From the NCBI RefSeq assembly GCF_024521635.1, contig NW_026250427.1, forward strand, positions 248,001 to 312,000: a stretch of DNA of 64,000 nt, in the 5' to 3' direction. The position numbers were made by a program, and so were the translations under genes. Under the pieces are notes generated by a model. The model was given only the letters and a program-made list of their open reading frames with translations. It ran no database searches and was not told the origin of the DNA. Numbering within the stretch: position 1 is the stretch's first letter; each line of letters opens with the position of its first letter. Source of the stretch: Tricharina praecox. Its lineage: Eukaryota. This document shows, in pieces, positions 25,620 to 37,600 of this stretch.

Positions 25620-27095
25620 ATGGCGGAACCATCACCAACTGCAACCATCATCGCGGCGACCCCCACAGCGTTCCACCTGGCCATCATAACAGGGGATATC
25701 GGACAACCAGAAACAACGGAGAGATATTATCGAGATGAAGAAATTACCACAAATATCCCGCTTATACCTCGGGACCACGAGCCCGAAGGAAGCCTGACGA
25801 CTGTCCGTTATCTCACGACCGTCACGCACGACAACTCGGTGATGACCCACTACGTGGAGACAGTGTCCACAGTCTACCCGTTACCCCCCGCGGGTTCTGT
25901 CACCACCATGATCTTCACCGTCACTTCCGGCGGCTCGACGAGCGGCAATATACATATAACTACGACGGTCCCAGCGCCCCCTGGAAGCACAACCCTGCAC
26001 GTGACCCCAGCGGCAGGATCTAAAGAGATGAGTACCGGCGCCACAATCGGCGCCGCAGTCGGCGCCGCAGTCGGCATCATCGGTTTGGCATTGCTAGGCT
26101 TCTATGCCTGGTGGCAGCACAAGAGGCGGAAGGCGGAGAAAGCGCGCCTCCAAGCCGCCCAGATGGAGTTGATGAGGCTGCAACAAGCGCCCCCGCCGCC
26201 GCAGCGGCCCCCATCTACCCAGCAGACCAGATCCGATAGTCTGAGCACGACGATCGCCGTACAAAACTCGGATCCGTGGAGGGGTTATGATGGTGGGCGT
26301 GTGCCGTCGGCGATGTCGCAGAGACGATATGAGCCGCCGCCACAGAACTATCAGACAGAAGCCCCGGAAATTGTGTTGAAGCCGGGAACGACATATGTTC
26401 CACACCGTACCAGAGGATACCTTCAAACCCCGTCGTCGGTTGCCGATCGCCGCTCGGAGGCTCCAGACCCATATGCTCCGACCGAGTCCACGGAAGGATC
26501 TCACATCGCCCCGCCGACTGTATGGGAGGATATGCGGCCCGACGAGTGGAGAGGTATGCGGCATCGGGCGGAAGAAGTGACGGAGAGGGAAGCTGGGCCG
26601 GGCTCGCCGCTTGCAGCTGTGCAGAGAACCGTTGGATGGGTGCGCAACGGTGGGGGGAGCGGTGGTGCAAGAAGCGGAAGTGGCAGGAGCGGGGGGACCG
26701 AGCGGCCTGCGCAGCCGGTACAGTTGATCGATATGAGCCCTAGCAGCTCGCCGCGGCTGGTAGCTCCGGGACATTCTTCGCCGCCGCCTATTATGGACCT
26801 CGACGAGAGGGATGCGCGGGGGCCGAACAGATATCCTCTCCAGCGTGATGGAGCTGGGCCGAGTTGGGGAGCCAGGCAGCATAACACACCAGAGAGGGGC
26901 ATCACTTCCAATAAGTACGACACACGGTTCCATCCGACGGATAGTGAACTCCAGTTGAACGAGTTTGAAACCACTCAATCGAGACGTCACCCGTTGGAGA
27001 GCCAGATGGACGCTCGCGATGCCCGGGTCACGGAAGATGTTGAACCGCTACAGATGAGACGGTCTCGGGATCTTCTGAGGGACCCTAGGGATTGA
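25620..27095 (+). CDS. Single-pass membrane protein (Thr-rich ectodomain, Mid2/SKG6-like TM helix, disordered cytoplasmic tail)
   Basis: 491-aa intronless ORF; STGATIGAAVGAAVGIIGLALLGFYAWW followed by basic stop-transfer HKRRK. Confidence 0.75.
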   Translation: MAEPSPTATIIAATPTAFHLAIITGDIGQPETTERYYRDEEITTNIPLIPRDHEPEGSLTTVRYLTTVTHDNSVMTHYVETVSTVYPLPPAGSVTTMIFTVTSGGSTSGNIHITTTVPAPPGSTTLHVTPAAGSKEMSTGATIGAAVGAAVGIIGLALLGFYAWWQHKRRKAEKARLQAAQMELMRLQQAPPPPQRPPSTQQTRSDSLSTTIAVQNSDPWRGYDGGRVPSAMSQRRYEPPPQNYQTEAPEIVLKPGTTYVPHRTRGYLQTPSSVADRRSEAPDPYAPTESTEGSHIAPPTVWEDMRPDEWRGMRHRAEEVTEREAGPGSPLAAVQRTVGWVRNGGGSGGARSGSGRSGGTERPAQPVQLIDMSPSSSPRLVAPGHSSPPPIMDLDERDARGPNRYPLQRDGAGPSWGARQHNTPERGITSNKYDTRFHPTDSELQLNEFETTQSRRHPLESQMDARDARVTEDVEPLQMRRSRDLLRDPRD

Positions 27096-28599
27096 TACGA
27101 CGGCATCGCAGCAAAAACAAATAGCGTGGTGTTTTGTATTTGGCCGTTAGTGCTGCTCGAGAGGAATGGGAAAATGATATGTACATACGAGTAGCTACTT
27201 CTATTTCGATGCTTGGATGTTTCTGATTGTTTGTTTTTGCACAAGTTGTGACATGCGGTTCAAGGATCATCAACATTGCCCCCGAAGCGTAGTAGTGGAT
27301 AGGCGGTTTCTACATTGTAAGCTGAATTTGTGGATGGCGAGATGGATAGTAAAATTTCCGAGGTTCTACAGTGCTTTAAGAAGGATTCGTATGAGAACTT
27401 TTCCATGCTGCCGCCGATGAACCTTCGTGGTGAGAGCCGGTACCTCCGCTCTTAGCTGCTCAACTTTGTATTGTGTAATCAGCTACTGGCCGGATTTAAT
27501 CAGATCCGCCTTGAAGGTACCGTATTAGCCTCGCACCGAGCCTGAATAACCGCCTCGGTGATGGAAGACTGAAGAATACCCTCTGTAGACCGCACGGAAA
27601 AGTATCAGTGCCTCAACACGTACAAAGCCAAATTGGTGGTTTACTATCGTCTTCACAGCCTCTCATTCACCCGCCATACAAACATCGCGCTCCTAAACCT
27701 CCTCTCCATTAATTCACCATTAGAAGCAAGTAGGTGGCTCGGTGACTGGGTCCGGGCCGTATGTATGAGTCAGGGGGGGAGTCAGTAGGAACGGAGAGAA
27801 AGGAGGAGTCGACGCTCGGGGCAAAGAAGTAGGGGAGCCGGGACAGCGAGGGAGATTTGTATTTACTTGGCCTTTCCCGCTGGTCCCATTATCTCGAGCA
27901 GGTTATGCATCGACGACCGACAGGATATCCGGAGTGCGTTTCGAATTGAAGTGAATGGGCTGTATGTAATATGGAGAGGCAGCCGATCATCACCGCAGGC
28001 TCACTCCACCACCACAACCACCACCACCAAATAAAAATGCCAAATGCCAGATGTCAGATTCACAGCGTGGTCTCATTGACATCATGAGATATCAAGCGGA
28101 TGTGCCCGGCAAGGTGAGAGAGAATTCATACCCTAGCTATCTGTCCGGACACAAACATCGAATACCCTCCGTCACCGGAGATTAACACGATATCCCTCGT
28201 CATACCGGCAAGCTGTAGTATCGCTAGCTTCTGCAGTGCATTCACCTGATCTCCCGCTGTTGTCTACGCCGGTGCATTTGCGAAATGAGCTGTATTAAGA
28301 ATCAAATAAAAAACTACTGGGCTTGCACCTCACACGAGAAAGGTCCTGGAAGTTTGTATAGGTAGAATCCTGGCTACTTATTTTTGTCACAGCGGTGAAA
28401 AAGGAGGACTTATAGTGAGTTCCGTACGTAAAAGAGAGAGGCGGGCACTATAGACTCTAGAGGGGCTTTAGAGAGATGGAAAAGCACACAATTTCGGCAT
28501 ACAACTTTTATTTTCTCGGTGATGTCACCCATCACCGACACTTAACTGTCCCCCTGCCGAGACTTCCATCCATCCCCCGTACCTGGGCCGTAGCCTGTT

Positions 28600-29512
28600 T
28601 CAATACCGCCTCCTCTTATTTTTCCAAAAGTCCCAAACGTCGCCTCGCAGGAGGCCGCTGGCGTAAAATTCATAATCGCTGATAAATTCCTCACTTTGGC
28701 CGAACAGGCCCTCGTAGAGGGCATCCTCAGTGTTGACGATCCTAGCCATTTTGATGATGGCTTTGACAGCCGCCAGCCCGTAGTAACTTCTCGGCTATAA
28801 TCTCGTCGAAAATGTCGTAGTCGGCCTGGGCTTCGCCGACCTTGTCTTCGTCTACGTCTAGTTAGAAAATTGTCACAGTACGTCGCTTGAATATGTGTTA
28901 CTTACCATTGGCTTCTCCGGCATCCATTTGACAGAAAAGGAACACACGGACGGCAGTCCTATAGTGTTCGTGAAATTCGCTTCGCAGAATGGGATCCGAT
29001 TTTAGGACCTCCAAGGCGATACCGGCTTCGTCGACCTTGTAAACTTTGTAAAAAAACGAATTGGAAGTGGTGAGTGCAAACGCATCGGAGAAGTTTCCGG
29101 CGCACTCAAAGTTATTCTGAAGGATTTCCACCGGCAAGGAATCCCGGGTACGCACGATGTGCGGCTGTTGTGGAGGGGGCGTCTCGTCAGGGCTACAGCT
29201 TCGTCGCCAATTCTCGGGAACGTTATAGCTTGACGAGCGACTGAGATTGGAACGTGCGTAACCACGATTGTAATAGCCTGGCGTACCACTGCGGCCGCGG
29301 CGACCGTAATTATCATCACGACGATTGATATAGCCTGACGAGCGACCATACCGCCAGGATTGAGCTTCAGGTCCGTAGTTTCCCCGGTACCCACGTGTAC
29401 GCTGGCGATGATGCTCGATTCTCTTCCCGTACCCGTCTGTCAGTATACCGTATCTCGGGTTGTTTCCGCACCAGCCGTCGCGACGACGCCAATCTGAATA
29501 GAAGCCGGACAT
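28600..29512 (-). CDS. Orphan protein with R/G/Y-rich N-terminus; possibly frameshifted
   Basis: ATG at 29512 and a canonical GTAAGT..CTAACTAG intron at 28905-28858. The spliced frame stops at 28742, while an adjacent frame stays coding-like to 28600. Confidence 0.5.
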
Positions 29513-29597
29513 TGTTGTTTACTAGGGATGAGTGTAGGAAGGACTCGTCGATGGTGTGAAGGATGGTTGGAAGAGTGGCGGAGAGTGTGGAAGTATT

Positions 29598-29643
29598 ATA
29601 GAGTGTAGAGGTATAATAGAGTGTGGAGGTATAATAGAGTGTG
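29598..29643. repeat. 18-bp tandem repeat (~2.5 units)
   Basis: atagagtgt(a/g)gaggtata repeated, upstream of the 29512 ATG. Confidence 0.7.
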
Positions 29644-30379
29644 ACGGATGGTTGGTGGAGTGGTGGGGGGAGTGGAGGTGGAACGAAGTGTGGGGGGTAA
29701 GAGAAGGAAGAGTCGACCCTTAGCCCTAAGTTGATGCTAGTTTACTGTTCCTCCAAATGTTTTCCAAACTTGACCATTCTGAAGATTCCAAATGCGGTGA
29801 TGTCGCCGCGTGACCAGCTGGGCGGGGTCGATTGAGATCCGATGTAGTGCCGAGAGACTTCAAAGATAGCTCCCTCCCTGCTAATACAACTGCTTTCCCC
29901 CTCCACTCCCTCTATCGTATTATCTCGCACTAGTAATTAATAGCCTTGTACGACAGCACTCATGTCAGGAGAACTGGCTTCTGAAAGGACATCGCTGAAT
30001 GTGATAGATTCATAGGCTCTCAATCGCTCCATCGGTTGCCGCGAATGTAATGTCTATGAGCTCTCTCGGAGAAGCACCATCGGATGGGCGATCACCTGCA
30101 GAGGTTCTTTAATTAGGAAGCCAGGGCAGTCACAGGCAGCTTCAGGAAACCCAATCAAGGGTGCCTCATGATACGTTGCAATCCGAACTAAGGCCGGCAG
30201 CAGCCCAGCTCGGCAATAGAGATAGAAGCATCGCCCTTAGTTTCCTGAGCTTTCCAAAGGACAGCTAGGCCCGCCACTTGGTAGGAACGAACACCGCGAT
30301 CGACTGATGATTGATTGCAATATTGGGGAACCCGGGAGGGACAGAAGAAACGGTGCGTCCGAACGAAGCTGGAGAGCTC

Positions 30380-31406
30380 GAAGTACGCCATCCAGGCTGG
30401 AAGGGATATGCCGGAGGGAGCCCGAGATCACCATCGAAATTTGATGGTGCCCGACTCGCAAAGGTATCTCTGGTATCGAAAAGGCCGACGAATGGAACGA
30501 GCTAGCAGCCGAGGCCCGACAACCCCATCGCCAGCGGAGTGGAGGCTCCCAGTTATCTCAGCCAGTACGGGAGTAGACTACTGTGGCAACCGTCGCACCT
30601 CTACCTGGAAGCGTGGGATTACGGAGGCTAACAGGAAAGAGACCACGGCATGGACCGACGCGAAAGCCGGAAACCTTGCGAGAAACCGGACCCGATCCCC
30701 AAACGCTTGAGCTTGAGGTTCTACCAGCCGAAAACTGGGTATTGCCACACCGGCCAGTACCACCAGTCGACGAAGAGCCGCTCCGACGCTCGGTGCGGAT
30801 GGTGTCGTTACAAGACCCAAGCCCAGGAGCACCTCTCCAAATACTGCCCGAATGGAAGAGCCAGCAGAAGAACATGTGGGCAGAGGTTCGGAAGGAGACA
30901 GGGAGAGGCAAGGATCGCTTCAAGAGCCACGACCTCATCAGAGGTGCAGCCAGACTATCCTGAAGTTCCTCGTCACCACTGATGTGGTCAGGCGGATCTC
31001 GGAGGTTACGGAGGACGATCTAGCAGGTGAGGTATCTGCACGGAAGCTCAGTGAGTGGGAAGAAAGGCAGGCAGGGTAGGGGTAAGAGGAGGAGGAGAAG
31101 GGTGCTTAAGTTGAGGAACAGGGGCCACTCCCGGTATTTCTTCCCACACCCTCCTTCATGGCATCTCCTGATGAAGAGGTAGGAACTGGACGGTATGAGG
31201 AGTGGATTTTCTTTTTCCTGGTTCATTTCCATGGTGAGCTCTAGATGTAGCTATCTTGGGGAAAGGCCAGGGCGTAGGGTATGAGAAGCCGCATCGGGCC
31301 GCTTTACCATGGTAAGGTAGACCGTAGGGACAGTGGACATAAGAGCGGTGTGTATATTGCGACGATCTAGCTAAGTTGCAAGCAATTAATGATTAAACAA
31401 ACAAAG
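30380..31406 (+). mobile_element. Decayed 5'-truncated Tad1-like LINE (RNase H C-terminus, CCHC knuckle, 3'UTR)
   Basis: Broken frames give KYAIQA, PEITIEI*WCPTRKGISGIEKADEW (RNase H), RFYQPKTGYCHTGQY..CGWC...EHL..YCPEWK.QQK.MWAEVRKETG and FLPTPSFMAS. Ends gcaattaatgattaaacaaacaaa. Confidence 0.85.
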
Positions 31407-31825
31407 TCGCTCTCTTAGAACTGTGTGTAACGCCGAGTCTCGGTGCATCATCTGTGCCACCTATGGATGCCGGCGTTTTCCTCGCTTGAGTCGGTTATCT
31501 GACATCCCCACTGTCTTTTCCTCCGCGCGGAGGCAAATCACGGTGGTTCGGTTTGTGACGGGAGATCGTAGCAGTTTGATTATATGTGACTTCGATGGGT
31601 ACTTGGGCTGGCGCAAGGAAGATTTATAGTCGAAAAGAGTTGAACTGGGAGGTTTTGTGGAGACAGGCTCTCGCCTGCCATATGACCAGGTTACAACTCA
31701 CAACCACAACGGCTCACAGTGCAAGAGGACGGAACAAGTACAGATCATGAACCCAGTAAAAGACTTGAAATTCCCCTACTGACCTTGTGACCATTGCCTA
31801 AAACGTACGCCGTTATGACCCAAGC

Positions 31826-32134
31826 CTAACAGCCCAGCTTCGTGTTCTCGTTGATTTCGTCAGTGTAAGACGCGATAGTGTCCATGAGTTCTTGAATGTT
31901 GCCCCTAGCACGGCGCCGCGGAGCGATGGACAACCTGAGCTGGTCGACCTGGTGCTGCAGACATTTACTGCATTGACGGGAAACAGTTGTGACTTCCTTT
32001 TCGAGGACGACACCGGGAGCCGAAGCGAGCGGGAGATCGCCACGGCGAGCAGTAATAGCGGGAACGCACCACAGCGCCATTGCGGAGGCCACCACGTGGT
32101 CGCAGGCGAACTTGTAGACTGGATGGGGACACAT
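31826..32134 (-). CDS. Small Cys/His-containing hypothetical protein (102 aa)
   Basis: ATG start; MC.....F.C.H........C...CSKC spacing typical of small fungal putative Zn-binding proteins; helical C-terminus. Confidence 0.5.
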   Translation of the reverse strand: MCPHPVYKFACDHVVASAMALWCVPAITARRGDLPLASAPGVVLEKEVTTVSRQCSKCLQHQVDQLRLSIAPRRRARGNIQELMDTIASYTDEINENTKLGC

Positions 32135-32394
32135 CTGTGGAATTAAATGATGTCAATGAGCTGTTCCTAGAGGCAGAGGAAACGAAATTCAGATCCTGGC
32201 TTGCGTCTCGTGTTGATCCCCTACAGGCTTGGCTGTGGTGTTCGAGACGGTGATCAAGATCGGGCACCAGCATAAATAAGCACTGTTATCGGATGAAGGG
32301 ATCAATTACTGCTTTTATGTGTTAGGTACTAGGTTCGTGATATCTGATGGGTTTGAGTAACTGGAGGTCGTGGTGGTCGTTGCTGTGGGCGCGG

Positions 32395-32662
32395 TGATGG
32401 TTGTGGTTGTGGTTGTGGTTGTGTTTGTGGTAGTGTTTGTGGTAGTGTTTGTGGTAGTGGTTGTGGTCGTATGGAGGAGGAGGAGGACAAGGAGGAGGAC
32501 AAGGAGGAGGACGAGGAGGACAAGGAGGAGGACGAGGAGGACGAGGAGGAGGAGGAGGAGGAGGACGAGGAAGAGGAAGAGGAAGAGGAGGAAGAGGAAG
32601 AGGAAGAGGAAGAGGAGGGAGAGGAAGAGGAAGAGGAAGAGGAAGAGCAAGAGGAAGAGGAG
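32395..32662. repeat. Compound microsatellite: (GTGGTT)/(GTGTTTGTGGTA)n then (GAG/GAC/GAA)n
   Basis: Directly visible low-complexity tract. Confidence 0.9.
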
Positions 32663-34686
32663 TAGAAGGATGAAGTTGGGCGAGGTTTTTCAATATCGGA
32701 CCATGACCGTCGACGACATCATGCACACGATGGCTGGAAACGAGTTACGCCGTGTTGAACAGCTCGGCGTGCGTTTTGGGCGATTGCTGAAGAACATGGC
32801 GCAGGTGTTTCAATAGTCCGCCTTCCCGTCCCATCGGTGCCCGGCCGTCATTTCGTGCGGTCCATCGTGGTCAACGATTTGATAGGACTGCTTTAGTAGA
32901 ACGGGCCATGACTGGTCGAGGTAAAGGTCCCGCTTGAAGGAAGGTGTGGCTTATGTAGTGATGGAGAATCGGGGTATATTTTGATTCCGGGCACAGACTC
33001 TGCAGCCCGAGAATTACTGAGGTCTGCGGGAGTTCCCCAGGGCGTCAGGCCATCGGATCATAGCCGACCAACAGAGAATGCTATTTCGATCTAAAAATTG
33101 ATAGTTTCCCCCAACGTAATACTGCAAGAGATCTGTTAGATACGCCGATCGAGTTCGGAAAGTGACTATATCTTTTCCAGGATGTGGAGGAGGAGAGAAG
33201 TGACATGGAAAAGGGAAAGGAGCAGCAGGATGGCGGAAGTAGCTCCTGGTTTTCATAATCATAGCATACTACATACATTATATGTCTTTATCTCTATTAA
33301 TATCCCTACAACCCACAAAGCGCGAAAACCTTAAATCCACGACTCTCAACTTCTCAAGACTCCGCACCCCTGCCGCACACTAACTAAAGCTCATGTTACC
33401 CACAGACCAAAATGCCCACAAACGATCGACCGTCGTCATCGACCGACGGATAAAGAAATGGGCGAGACCACGGATCAATTAGCTAAGTATGTACAAGGTA
33501 GTTCAGCAGTCCAGGACTCCTCCCTCCGATGGCATCGCGAACAGCCTTGATGGGCCGCCAACATCCAGTCTGGAAGTACGGAGACCGTGCGGAGGGCCGG
33601 CGGTAGTGGAGTACGGTGCCTACTGAGGTAGCGACGGTTGTCTCCACCGGACCCGGGATGGGTGCGACCAGATTCTGCAAATTGAACGATTTTCAATTTT
33701 CGTGAGGCATCGTACACAGACTCCCGAAGATCTAGGTAGTGGCTGGATCTGGCTCCATCTTATATATGTTCCTTCTCACCACGGCACTTTGCTGCGATAT
33801 CCTCACCGGCATGCGACTGATCGGAGAAGGATGCTAGCCCAGCCGGACCACCATTGAGGCTAGTCGAGTGATAATACGTGAATATCCCGCCATCCAACAC
33901 AGAGCGGGAGCGGGAGCCGGAGTCGGACCCAGCACTCCATCACCGATTCCGCGCAGCAAAGAAGTATTAGAATTCGCGTTCATAGAAAGCCGTTGACAAA
34001 TTAAACCTCGCAATGCGACGAACTGACGCGTTACGATCCGCTCAGTACCCCCACTTCGCCATCCGGTGTGCGATGAAACCGTTATGACCCACCGTAATCT
34101 AATCACACCGTACACATGATGCTGAGCCGCGTTTTACCGCTCAGCTAAAGTCCCTATATACCTGCTGTTGGTATGAGCCCCGCTGTATATGTACGTACAT
34201 TATACATATAGGTACGATCTGTTCGGCGTTCGCCCCCTGAGTCCTGACACTTTCTCCGTTGGTTCAAGCCGTGTTGATGATGGGCGCCTGCTCGATGCTC
34301 GCTTGATTAAAGAATGTCAGCTGCACAGCTTGTGGGTACTGGTATATTCATCGACACTTCGCTCTCCAAACATACTGCGGGCATACTAGCAGATACCCGG
34401 AGCATGATTACGTTTTATCCTTATCGTTTAAATCACTAACTAAAAGGGACGTACCACAAAATATTCCAGCCACAAAGAAACACTACCACCCCACATGAAT
34501 TTCATTCCTGCAGTATTCCCTCCCGGGTAGCAGCCCTTGAATCTATCATCGAAACAGACCAAGCGATTGCCACGATGACAAAACTGGGAATCACAAAACC
34601 TAACGCCACCCAAACTCCAAGGCTTAAGATCCGATATATCACCTGAAGTGATTAGTAAATACTGATTTCTATTCGTTTGGAAGTGC

Positions 34687-37600
34687 TCACCCGATTGGAA
34701 CAGAGGCAGAATCAAATTTCAAGAATGAAACGATACCGGAGACACCTCCGAGGGCGATGGTGTTGTTTCGCACGGCAAAACAGCGAGTTTGGTAATTAGG
34801 GGGGAGTAAAAATATCCTACGTGCTCCTAGGAAAATCCAGCCATTACTGACATAAAACAAAGCCATTGTGTAAGGGTTTCCCCCTGCATTGACTGCCTGG
34901 ATTACATCATGCGTATCAACATCCCTGAGCTGGACGGTTCCGTCGTATGATATTAATTGCAGCACCGTGCCATCCGGCGAGAAAGCTACTGCGTTGACCC
35001 AGTCCGAATGGCCCTCAAGAGTGCCACAACAGGTCCCCGTCACTGGATCCCAGAGCCGGACGGTTTTGTCCAACGACCCCGATGCGATGAGCCTGCCATC
35101 AGGCGAGAAAGCCACTGCGGTGACACTGCCCGAATGGCCCTCAAGAGTGCCACAACAGGTCCCCGTCACTGGATCCCAGAGCCGGACGGTTTTGTCCAAC
35201 GACCCCGATGCGATGAGCCTGCCATCAGGCGAGAAAGCCACTTCGTTGACCCAGCTCGAATGGCCCTCAAGAGTGCCACAACAGGTCCCCGTCACTGGAT
35301 CCCAGAGCCGGACGGTTTTGTCGTCCGACCCCGATGCGATGAGCCTGCTATCAGGCGAGAAAGCTACTGCGTTGACCCAGTCCGAATGGCCCTCAAGAGT
35401 GCCACAACAGGTCCCCGTGACTGGATCCCAGAGCCGGACGGTTTTGTCCAACGACCCCGATGCGATGAGCCTGCCATCAGGCGAGAAAGCCACTGCGGTG
35501 ACACTGCCCGAATGGCCCTCAAGAGTGCCACAACAGGTCCCCGTCACTGGATCCCAGAGCCGGACGGTTTTGTCCAACGACCACGATGCGATGAGCCTGC
35601 CATCAGGCGAGAAAGCCACTTCGTTGACCCAGCTCGAATGGCCCTCAAGAGTGCCACAACAGGTCCCCGTCACTGGATCCCAGAGCCGGACGGTTTTGTC
35701 CAACGACCCCGATGCGATGAGCCTGCCATCAGGCGAGAAAGCCACTGCGTTGACCCAGTCCGAATGGCCCTCAAGAGTGCCACAACAGGTCCCCGTCACT
35801 GGATCCCAGAGCCGGACGGTTTTGTCCAACGACCCCGATGCGATGAGCCTGCCATCAGGCGAGAAAGCCACTGCGGTGACACTGCCCGAATGGCCCTCAA
35901 GAGTGCCACAACAGGTCCCCGTCACTGGATCCCAGAGCCGGACGGTTTTGTCCAACGACCCCGATGCGATGAGCCTGCCATCAGGCGAGAAAGCCACTTC
36001 GTTGACACTGCCCGAATGGCCCTCAAGAGTGCCACAACAGGTCCCCGTCACTGGATCCCAGAGCCGGACGGTTTTGTCCAACGACCCCGATGCGATGAGC
36101 CTGCCATCAGGCGAGAAAGCCACTGCGGTGACACTGCCCGAATGGCCCTCAAGAGTGCCACAACAGGTCCCCGTCACTGGATCCCAGAGCCGGACGGTTT
36201 TGTCCAACGACCCCGATGCGATGAGCCTGCCATCAGGCGAGAAAGCCACTTCGTTGACCCAGCTCGAATGGCCCTCAAGAGTGCCACAACAGGTCCCCGT
36301 CACTGGATCCCAGAGCCGGACGGTTTTGTCGTCCGACCCCGATGCGATGAGCCTGCTATCAGGCGAGAAAGCTACTGCGTTGACCCAGTCCGAATGGCCC
36401 TCAAGAGTGCCACAACAGGTCCCCGTCACTGGATCCCAGAGCCGGACGGTTTTGTCGCGCGACCCCGATGCGATGAGCCTGCCATCAGGCGAGAAAGCCA
36501 CTGCGCCGACCCCGTCCGAATGACCACAGAGCACTTGCAACGCTGTCGGGTCCCAAACGTTGGGAACCATTGGCTGTTGTGTGATCCAGGCGGGGACACA
36601 ATTCGAATAATGTTCCTTGAGTGTGCTTTTCTTTGGGCTGAGCGTCAGAGCAGAGCAATATACTTGCAGAGGTGCGATCGCGATGATCGATCCGAAAGTG
36701 AGCACGAAGCGCACCGCATCACTAGCCATTGCACGTAGATGATAATCGGCGTCGGACTTCAGTCGACGTCAGCAAGACTATCCGTGAAAGACGCACCCAT
36801 CTAAAGTTCCGGAGAGGAAATCGGCCTGTGCTGAGAGGCTAGCCCTTTCCAAAGCGAACGGGTATCGTGCGTATTGCAACTTGGCTTGCCTGTACTAGGC
36901 GCATCTCGCCGGGGAAAAAAAACAAGCTCGGAGTTTTCGGAGCACTCACCGGCAGCATGGAAGCCAAAGTGCGGACAATGAGAATTCCGTTGGAGATATT
37001 TCCCATTAGGCTAAGAGCCTCGAGCCAATGGAGGAAGTTTTCGTTCAGAAAATTGTGGACTAGCTTATGCAGTGATTTGGAATCGCCGTCACGGAGTTCG
37101 ACGTTACTTTGCTGGAGATGATCGAACCAAAACCGGCACGCATATTGAACCTCTTGGGGAAGGAAATGATTTACCGCAGAACGATCCACTTCGATTGTGA
37201 GGCTACCCGGAAGTTTTAGAGAACATATATCCTGCTTAAGACGTCTTGACATCAAATCGAGACAGCTCGCCGCAAGATGCGCGTGTGCATCGCCGCTAGC
37301 TATGTGGAACTGCTGATCAGTGCATCTCTGGTTGTTCAATAGAAAGTCACGGAATGACAGATGTAAAAGCGTGATGGGAACACTGTCGCTTTCGGAACCA
37401 TACTGCAATACAGAACCCAGAGACCGCAACGTCTGCTTCACTTTCCACAGTTTAGCGGACAAGAGCCCAGCAAGAGCATCAGCAGTCAAGGCGTCGAAAA
37501 GGATCACAATAGATCCAATAATCCTTTTGAATCGCCTTAAGAGTTCCGGTTTCTTCTCTGGCTCGCGACCTTCGACCACTGCGCTTATTAAGAGAGTGGT

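Noticed and set aside
27495..27620. Minus-strand intron-like GTACGT...CTGAT...CAG with short flanking frames
   Set aside because: Too short and no recognisable product; cannot support a gene.
34975..36525. CRISPR-like regular repeat array
   Set aside because: Eukaryotic coding repeat; variable parts are a few codons, not unique spacers, and there are no cas genes.
34889..36738. Long + strand ORFs (544 and 593 aa) with 42-aa repeats
   Set aside because: Antisense shadows of the WD40 array; a stop-free unit repeated gives long ORFs automatically.
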